Below, piece after piece: positions 58,201-64,000 of a DNA stretch of 64,000 bases. Positions within the stretch are counted from its first letter, which is position 1. Each line of letters starts with the position of its first letter. The translations under genes and the position numbers were made by a program. The stretch comes from a virus. Its lineage: Duplodnaviria > Caudoviricetes. The notes under the pieces are model-generated. The model ran no database searches. It was not told where the DNA came from and saw nothing but the letters and a program-made list of their open reading frames with translations. Where the stretch lies: positions 46,041-110,040 of IMG/VR virus record IMGVR_UViG_3300027563_000002. One strand, given 5' to 3'.

Positions 58201-58810
58201 GTGTGACAAAATACGGTATATTGTTGCCGGTCACTGTGAGTGAAAATGTTCGATCTCTTATGCCGTCAAGCACATACACGCCGTTGACATAGTTTTGTGT
58301 GTAACTTCTGATGGTAAATTTGCTGGTTATGTTTTTTGACACTTGTAAAGGCACACCAGAAATGCTGGCCACAGCTTGTGGCACACCTTCAATAAGTCCG
58401 TTGTCGCTGATTTGAATGCCTGGCGGCACACTACCAGCTTGCAATTTGTAAAGCACATGTTGGGTAAACACAGTGTTCATGAGTCCCGTGCCTGTGGTCA
58501 ATACAACAGGAGTGGTGGATCTTTCTGTGGCAGCAATACTGAATTGTGTGCCATTGGGTACCGACAGCACAAAATATCTCACAGTAGAACTGATACCGCC
58601 AAACACAGTGCCCGAAAATATGACATTGAGTCCAGGATAAATGCCCTGGGTGCTGCTGCAAGTGATAAGATTAGTGGTTGCTGAAGTGGCAGTGCATGTG
58701 GGCGCAAAGCTCAAGGGAGGTGTATACGCCAACAAAACTTGTTGATAAAATATGCTTTCTGGTATGGTGCCCAGACTGCCTGCAGGGGTGATCCACTCGG
58801 GTTGTGACAT
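55217..58810 (-). CDS. Baseplate/structural protein with putative Ig-like repeats
   Basis: W.TPAGSLGT and LPPGL.L..SG...G repeats; I.C......G..I.F..G.......Y.V....TQF repeats. Confidence 0.7.
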   Translation of the reverse strand: MSQPEWITPAGSLGTIPESIFYQQVLLAYTPPLSFAPTCTATSATTNLITCSSTQGIYPGLNVIFSGTVFGGISSTVRYFVLSVPNGTQFSIAATERSTTPVVLTTGTGLMNTVFTQHVLYKLQAGSVPPGIQISDNGLIEGVPQAVASISGVPLQVSKNITSKFTIRSYTQNYVNGVYVLDGIRDRTFSLTVTGNNIPYFVTPAGSIGTYYDGDLIDFQFVLAGTDPGDTEVVRLVSGQLPGGVTVSSEGLLYGYIEPAANVNQPVGYDLTPEDLFPYDFIVAAINKNYQFTLEVTDGKSSTLRTFNFFVYNRDSLTGDNTTITTDNIAVTADETTVRPPFLTNAAPNNLGTVRGDNYYAYQFVGDDYDTVDLRYSISVNQGSGLPPGLTLDPKSGWLYGYVPDQGVTQVEYSFYITVRQRDPIGTPITCTATTFGTNLITCNSTAQLGTGTAIKFSGNPVGGLSASDTTIYYVLQVINSTQFTVATNLNSTTAVSLTTASGSFTAELVVVSSQYPFILSVSGAIDAEVTWLTASDLGSIENGSVSLLNVQAVNRGGRQLNYRLKSGAYNELPQGLQLLPSGDIVGDVSFNTFAVDMGTTTFDATQSVVLNATVSGTTFDSTFVFTVNAYALDTAQTLYKVESVTVANGGTGYSSVSPPVIEFNSPVGAAAVTAQAGNVTVSGGAITSVAVANSGAGYTAPATITITAGFGGSGASLVPVMQATGARDVVSAFRTFRVKVIRVYNRPYQNLTVQAMPPENDRVLIDSLLTDQEIFVPDYIFRPDDPNFGLSSRVVYQHVFGLAPETQARYVESLYLNHYWKELVLGEINTAQALDADGNVIYEVVYSKIQDNLVNNQGQSVNKIVTLPYAITDPTDPTKEINSVYPNSLVNMRDQVIDVVGQISTKLPLWMTSKQSNGRVLGFTPAWVICYTKPDRSAQIAYYMQEYFGTQLNRVDFKVDRYILNRKLSRNWDTETQQWTPNPSLTTFDRFDTSSYIFLGTVDIGTNLAFADVNERTLDYIENLGGLDGNIRTIDGNTLIFVNQETYPDYNNIDDAWQNYLHPFDTSGFDATGETFDQAVTIPGGDFSTVDQRMAIWTISVDPVTTVVTLTLTQQTVLNDYVQVTRGDEYRSAYLYYPGSPGPSYTRISWLPVPTVVTTETIFDGGSMAFEVPVDMYDPTDRLDKYLVFPKANILE

Positions 58811-58813
58811 ATT

Positions 58814-61366
58814 TTAAAGTATCACTGCAATAATGATTTTATTGCCTGGTTCAAGATTGGTTTCTAGAGACTTGGCAAACACAGCCTGTGCATAAGAACG
58901 ATCTCGTCCCACGCTGTGTGCAAAACCTGCTTGGCTGCTGGTAACCAGACTGTCACCTTTGGTCACTGGGCCTGTTAGTTTGACCGGAACCTGCCCTCGC
59001 AAGGCCACTGGTATTCCAGCCATACCAGCGTTCATCAAATGAGCCGGTTGGGTAGATATTGCACCAGCCACACGTTCATCGCCTAATTCAGTGGTCACAG
59101 TGATCTGTTTACTACCACCAAATATGACCACGGTACCAGGTTCATAATTGTGATCTGATTCATAATTTTCAGCCAAGTCAGCGTATAGTGCGGTGGTAGC
59201 GGTGGCAAACAAACGATTGAAATAGGTGGCACTGGATCCAATATTGCCCACACCATTGCCGTTGGCATTCACAATGTTGCCTACTGTGACTGTACCAGTT
59301 GATACTGTCAAGTTGCCACCTGTGATGTTGCCAGTCACACTCACTGTGGTACCTGTATGTGTGGTAGCATTGACGTTTGCGCCACCCAGGATGTTGCCAC
59401 CTGTGATGTTGCCAGTCACACTCACTGTGGTACCTGTGTGTGTGGTTGCGTTGACATTGGCTCCACCCAGGATGTTGCCACCTGTGATGTTGCCAGTCAC
59501 ACTCACTGTGGTACCTGTGTGTGTGGTTGCGTTGACATTGGCTCCACCCAGGATGTTGCCACCAGTAATGTTGCCAGTGACCGAAACTGTGGCACCTGTG
59601 TGTGTGGTTGCGTTGACATTGGCTCCACCCAGGATGTTGCCACCAGTGATGTTGCCCACAGCCGAAATAGTAGTTCCTGCTGTCAAAGAAGATGTTAGAG
59701 TCAATGCACTCACAACATTTGAACTCAAACTCAACCCAGTGGCATTCAAGTTACCACCTGTGATATTGCCTGACACTGATACTGTGGTACCTGTGTGTGT
59801 GGTAGCGTTGACATTGGCTCCGCCCAGGATGTTGCCACCAGTGATGTTGCCCGAGGCACTGACTGACACAGCACTCACGCCTGCCAACGAAATTACGTTG
59901 CCGCCAATCACGTTGCCAGTGGCCGATAATAATGAACTTGATAACACACTGCCGGTTGTGGAAATCTGAGCGGCGTTGACGTTGCTGGTCACATTCAATA
60001 TACCGGCAACATTACCACTCAAACTCAACCCAGTGGCATTCAAGTTGCCACCTGTGATGTTGCCCGAAACTGATACTGTGGTACCTGTATGTGTGGTAGC
60101 ATTGACGTTTGCGCCACCCAGGATGTTGCCACCTGTGATGTTGCCAGTCACACTCACTGTGGTACCTGTTAGCCTTGTGGCATTGATGTTGCCACCTGTG
60201 ATGTTGCCAGCAGCTGAAATCAGACCACCTGTTAGATAATTTGCTGCTGTGCTATTGCCTGAACTGGAAATCAATCCGTTGTTCAAAACATTACCACCTG
60301 TGATGTTGCCTGTGGCTGAAATTAAACCACCGGTTCGAATATTGCCTCCAATGACATTGGCCGTGGCAGAAATCACCGTGCCAGTGACTGAATTGGTAGC
60401 ATTCACATTGCCGCCGCCAACATTGCCATTGGCAGTGGTAGTACTGAGGTTGGCTCCAGTGATGTCATTGGTTGCTGTCATTGAGGCAGTTGATACAGTG
60501 CCCAAAGTAATTATATTACCACCGGTGACATTGCCAGCTGCTGAGATGCTGGCACCAGCTGAAATATTGTTACTGGTAATGTTTCCTGTACCACCCAGTG
60601 CATTGCTCACAGTTAAATTGGCAAGTGCGCCAACAGATTGCAACGAACTATTGATAACGTTGGCACTCAAGAGCGAATTTACCAACAAGGCAGCATTGGC
60701 ACTGGGGTCGATCCCGCTCAATAATGCGCCATTGCCCACAAAATAATTGCCAGTGATATTGCCAGTGGCACTTATAACTCCAGTTACATTGACATTTCCT
60801 GTGGAACTGATGCCACCGGCCTGGACCAGTCCAGTTGCAGATAATGCACCTCCGGTGTTGAGATTGGTACCGGTAATGTTGCCTGCTGCTGAAATCAATC
60901 CACCAGTTAATAAATTTCCACCAGTGACATTGCCCACCACTGAAAGATTGGTCAACACTCCCACGCCGGTCAAACTACTCAACAAAACGTTAGCACTCAG
61001 TGTATTGCCTGTGAGTTGTGCAGCAGGCGCACTGGATGTGATCCCAGTCAGTCCTGACCCGTTGCCCACAAAAACTCCATTGGCAGTGATATTACCAGTG
61101 ACTGAAATCACATTTGATGTGACTGTTCCGATCACTGTGAGCCCAGTATTGGCCACAGTCATGACGTTTGAAACACCGGCCACAGCAAATGTTATTGTGG
61201 AACTTTCGTTGACCACAATGTTGCTGTTGCCAGAAGCAATACCGCGTATGCCCCCGGTGTTGTAAAGTTCCGTGAAATTGTTGTTGGTTTTGGTAAACGC
61301 AGTTCTCAGCGGATCTCCAAGCCCGTCGTTGGCAACAGGTCCGATGTTGATGATTTGTTGGGCCAT
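58814..61366 (-). CDS. Tail fibre with gp9/gp10-like N-terminus and intramolecular-chaperone-like C-terminus
   Basis: INIG..ANDG.GDPLR.AF.K.N.NF; YADLAENY...GQVPVK...KGD. Confidence 0.8.
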   Translation of the reverse strand: MAQQIINIGPVANDGLGDPLRTAFTKTNNNFTELYNTGGIRGIASGNSNIVVNESSTITFAVAGVSNVMTVANTGLTVIGTVTSNVISVTGNITANGVFVGNGSGLTGITSSAPAAQLTGNTLSANVLLSSLTGVGVLTNLSVVGNVTGGNLLTGGLISAAGNITGTNLNTGGALSATGLVQAGGISSTGNVNVTGVISATGNITGNYFVGNGALLSGIDPSANAALLVNSLLSANVINSSLQSVGALANLTVSNALGGTGNITSNNISAGASISAAGNVTGGNIITLGTVSTASMTATNDITGANLSTTTANGNVGGGNVNATNSVTGTVISATANVIGGNIRTGGLISATGNITGGNVLNNGLISSSGNSTAANYLTGGLISAAGNITGGNINATRLTGTTVSVTGNITGGNILGGANVNATTHTGTTVSVSGNITGGNLNATGLSLSGNVAGILNVTSNVNAAQISTTGSVLSSSLLSATGNVIGGNVISLAGVSAVSVSASGNITGGNILGGANVNATTHTGTTVSVSGNITGGNLNATGLSLSSNVVSALTLTSSLTAGTTISAVGNITGGNILGGANVNATTHTGATVSVTGNITGGNILGGANVNATTHTGTTVSVTGNITGGNILGGANVNATTHTGTTVSVTGNITGGNILGGANVNATTHTGTTVSVTGNITGGNLTVSTGTVTVGNIVNANGNGVGNIGSSATYFNRLFATATTALYADLAENYESDHNYEPGTVVIFGGSKQITVTTELGDERVAGAISTQPAHLMNAGMAGIPVALRGQVPVKLTGPVTKGDSLVTSSQAGFAHSVGRDRSYAQAVFAKSLETNLEPGNKIIIAVIL
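59330..59655 (-). repeat. Four tandem 81-nt coding repeats (GNITGGNILGGANVNATTHTGTTVSVT)
   Basis: Near-identical 81-nt period seen directly. Confidence 0.85.
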
Positions 61367-61386
61367 TTTTTCTATCCTAGATCCAT

Positions 61387-61438
61387 TATTTACCAGCTGT
61401 GAATCAAGAATTTAATTACCAAAAACACAGGCTAAATA
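61387..61438. promoter_or_regulatory. Divergent late promoter boxes
   Basis: TAAATA on minus strand at 61387-61392 and on plus strand at 61433-61438. Confidence 0.65.
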
Positions 61439-61459
61439 CTGTGAATTGGAGTATTTAGA

Positions 61460-63943
61460 ATGTCATATGTGATCAATAACAGTCGTGGTAATATCATAGC
61501 GGTAGTACCCGATGGCACAGCCAATACCACTGCTGTCAGCTTGACCCTGGTTGGGCGAGCATTGTCAGATTACGGACTGTACGAAAACGAAAACTATGTG
61601 TATCTGTTGGAAAATTTTGCCAATCCCACACCTCCAACTTCGGCCATACTGGGTCAACTGTGGTACAACAGCAGCACAGACACCATCAACACATACAATT
61701 CTGCCAATGCTTGGTCACCGTTGGCCAGCCAAGATTATGTACAGGCCCAAAAAATCAGTCCTGTGTTCACCGGTGTTCCAACTGCGCCCACTGCTGCCGC
61801 AGGCACAGCTACCGCTCAAATAGCTACCACTGGGTTTGTTGCAAATTCACCTCAAATAAACTCACCTCAATTTTCAGGCACACCCACAGCACCCACAGCG
61901 GTTGCAGGTACAAACAACACTCAACTGGCCACCACTGCGTTTGTTCAAGTAGAAAAAGTCAGTCCTGCTTTTTCAGGCACACCCACAGCACCCACAGCAT
62001 CACCAGGTACTGCCAATACTCAGATTGCCACCACTGCATTTGTGCAAGGAGAAAAAGTCAGTCCTGCTTTTTCAGGCACACCCACAGCACCCACAGCGGT
62101 TGCAGGTACTGCCAATACTCAGATAGCTACCACAGAATTTGTGGCAAACTCACCACAATTTGTAGGTGCACCCACAGCACCCACAGCATCACCAGGTACT
62201 GCCAATACTCAGATTGCCACCACTGCATTTGTGCAAGGAGAAAAATTTAGTCCTGCTTTTTTAGGCATACCCACGGCACCCACGGCACCCACAGCAACTT
62301 CAAACTCGCAAATTGCTACCACTGCGTTTGTGACTAGTTCGCCACAGTTTGTAGGTGTGCCCAGGGCGCCCACCGCTGATTTTGGAACAGACAACACACA
62401 AATTGCCACCACTGCATTTGCACAAGGTATAAAAGACAATACTCAATTGACTGGTGTGCCCACAGCACCCACTGCTGCCACAGGCACAAACAACACACAA
62501 ATTGCCACCACTGCATTTGCACAAGGTATAAAAGACAATACTCAATTGACTGGTGTGCCCACAGCACCCACTGCTGCCACAGGCACAAACAACACACAAA
62601 TTGCCACCACTGCGTTTGTAAATAATGTTGCTGGTTCTCTTGGAACCATGTCCACACAAAATTCCAGTTCAGTGGCCATCACTGGGGGCAGTATCACTGG
62701 CATCACTGCTTTGGCCATTGCAGATGGAGGCACAGGAGCCAGCAATGCCGCAAATGCCAGAACCAATTTAGGCCTTGGCACTATGGCCACGCAAGATAGC
62801 AACAATGTGAATATCTCTGGGGGAGCAATTTTTGGATTGACCACTTTTCTTCCCATAGCATCTGGCGGAACAGGAGCCAATACTGCGCCCAGTGCCAGAA
62901 CCAATTTGGGACTGGGAACCATGTCCACACAAAATGCCAGTTCAGTGGCCATCACTGGGGGCAGTATCACTGGGGGCAGTATCACTGGCATCACTGCTTT
63001 GGCCATTGCAGATGGAGGCACAGGAGCCAGCAATGCCGCAGATGCCAGAACCAATTTGAATCTGGGAACCATGGCCACACAAAATGCCAGTTCAGTGGCC
63101 ATCACTGGAGGAAGCATCACTGGTATCACTGCTTTGGCCATTGCAGATGGAGGCACAGGAGCCAGCAATGCCGCAAATGCCAGAACCAATTTGAATCTGG
63201 GAACCATGGCCACACAAAATGCCAGTTCAGTGGCCATCACTGGAGGAAGCATCACTGGTATCACTGCTTTGGCCATTGCAGATGGAGGCACAGGGGCCGG
63301 CAATGCCGCAGATGCCAGAACCAATTTGGGTCTGGGCTCAATGGCAGTGCAAGACAGCACTAACGTCAACATCACTGGTGGTAGTATCACAGGATTATCG
63401 TCAACCATTCCCATAGCATCAGGTGGTACAGCAGCCAGTACCGCTAGTGGTGCCAGAACAAACTTGGGCCTGGGCTCAATGGCGGTGCAAGACAGCGCCA
63501 ACGTCAACATCACTGGTGGCAGTATCACAGGATTATCATCAACTATTCCCATAGCATCAGGTGGCACAGGAGCCAGCACTGCCGGTGATGCCAGAAACAA
63601 CTTGGGTCTAGCCTCGGGTGCTGTGACCACAGTGGGCACCATGGCCACACAAAACAACAACAACGTCAACATCACTGGCGGTTCGATTACTGGCATAACT
63701 GATCTGGCCATTGCTGATGGGGGTACAGGAGCATCTGATGCTGCCACTGCCAGAACAAATCTGGGTGTTCCCGATGCTGCCACAGTCAGTATTACCGGCG
63801 CAGGAGGACTGACTGGCGGAGGCAATTTGACTGTCAGTAGAACTATTTCTATAGCCAATAACAGCAACGGATATGGCACAAGATATGTGTCAACTGGCAA
63901 CCCCGCAGGCGGTAGCGACGGTGATATTTGGTATCAAATTTAA
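61460..63943 (+). CDS. Tail fibre protein
   Basis: ENF..P...GQLWY; PTAPT..TQIATTAFV repeats; GGTGA..ARTNLGLG repeats; GDIWYQ. Confidence 0.85.
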   Translation: MSYVINNSRGNIIAVVPDGTANTTAVSLTLVGRALSDYGLYENENYVYLLENFANPTPPTSAILGQLWYNSSTDTINTYNSANAWSPLASQDYVQAQKISPVFTGVPTAPTAAAGTATAQIATTGFVANSPQINSPQFSGTPTAPTAVAGTNNTQLATTAFVQVEKVSPAFSGTPTAPTASPGTANTQIATTAFVQGEKVSPAFSGTPTAPTAVAGTANTQIATTEFVANSPQFVGAPTAPTASPGTANTQIATTAFVQGEKFSPAFLGIPTAPTAPTATSNSQIATTAFVTSSPQFVGVPRAPTADFGTDNTQIATTAFAQGIKDNTQLTGVPTAPTAATGTNNTQIATTAFAQGIKDNTQLTGVPTAPTAATGTNNTQIATTAFVNNVAGSLGTMSTQNSSSVAITGGSITGITALAIADGGTGASNAANARTNLGLGTMATQDSNNVNISGGAIFGLTTFLPIASGGTGANTAPSARTNLGLGTMSTQNASSVAITGGSITGGSITGITALAIADGGTGASNAADARTNLNLGTMATQNASSVAITGGSITGITALAIADGGTGASNAANARTNLNLGTMATQNASSVAITGGSITGITALAIADGGTGAGNAADARTNLGLGSMAVQDSTNVNITGGSITGLSSTIPIASGGTAASTASGARTNLGLGSMAVQDSANVNITGGSITGLSSTIPIASGGTGASTAGDARNNLGLASGAVTTVGTMATQNNNNVNITGGSITGITDLAIADGGTGASDAATARTNLGVPDAATVSITGAGGLTGGGNLTVSRTISIANNSNGYGTRYVSTGNPAGGSDGDIWYQI
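61870..62620 (+). repeat. About 99-nt coding repeats (PTAPTA..NTQIATTAF)
   Basis: Near-identical repeats seen directly. Confidence 0.8.
62640..63610 (+). repeat. About 135-nt coding repeats (GTMATQNASSVAITGGSITG..ARTNL)
   Basis: 135-nt period, e.g. 63061 and 63196. Confidence 0.8.
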
Positions 63944-64000
63944 ATGTCAAATATAATTAGAGCAATTGGTTATACTGGGTATCTTCAGAGGTTGGTTATA
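63944..64000 (+). CDS. Start of next gene (partial)
   Basis: ATG immediately after the fibre stop, open to window end. Confidence 0.45.
   Translation, partial: MSNIIRAIGYTGYLQRLVI

Noticed and set aside
42473-61366. Dense N-x-T sequons in fibres as glycosylation targets
   Set aside because: Explained by the GNVT/GNIT structural repeat; no oligosaccharyltransferase seen
59330-63610. Tandem repeats as a possible CRISPR array
   Set aside because: Repeats are in-frame, coding, 81-135 nt long and lack unique spacers; no cas genes
59226-63900. Long antisense ORFs (e.g. 59226-59969 +, 60249-60746 +, 62542-63900 -)
   Set aside because: Shadows of low-complexity fibre repeats on the opposite strand; no RBS or motifs
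1-64000. Stop-codon reassignment, tRNA genes, diversity-generating retroelement or integrase
   Set aside because: Genes tile densely in the standard code and end in all three stop codons; no cloverleaf, reverse transcriptase or recombinase motifs recognised

Overview
This window is a gene-dense segment of a large T4-like (probably jumbo) myovirus genome, in standard genetic code and mostly on the minus strand. The host is Gram-negative (spanins present) and possibly betaproteobacterial (Bug/TctC gene). Core blocks: replication (TGT/DpdA-like transglycosylase, sliding clamp, PolB, clamp loader, DnaE fragment), chaperones (ClpA, DnaJ, GroES, Dps), a lysis cassette (holin, GH19 endolysin, spanins), a sulfation/modification enzyme cluster at 26.8-36.6 kb, and repeat-rich tail fibre/baseplate genes. 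Late genes are preceded by a TAAATA box. The most striking feature is a set of about 11 proteins with T4-IPIII-like capsid-targeting N-termini. Several are strings of unrelated modules (nucleotidyltransferase, metalloprotease, ParB, GNAT, Tat-signal, RMF-like, RyR-like, PG-binding) joined at G-V-A-E junctions. These junctions are also conserved at DNA level (GGTGTGGCGGA[A/G]). This suggests a cassette system in which one 12-bp site is both a protease cleavage site and a recombination joint. All function calls come from motif recognition by eye; no database searches were run.
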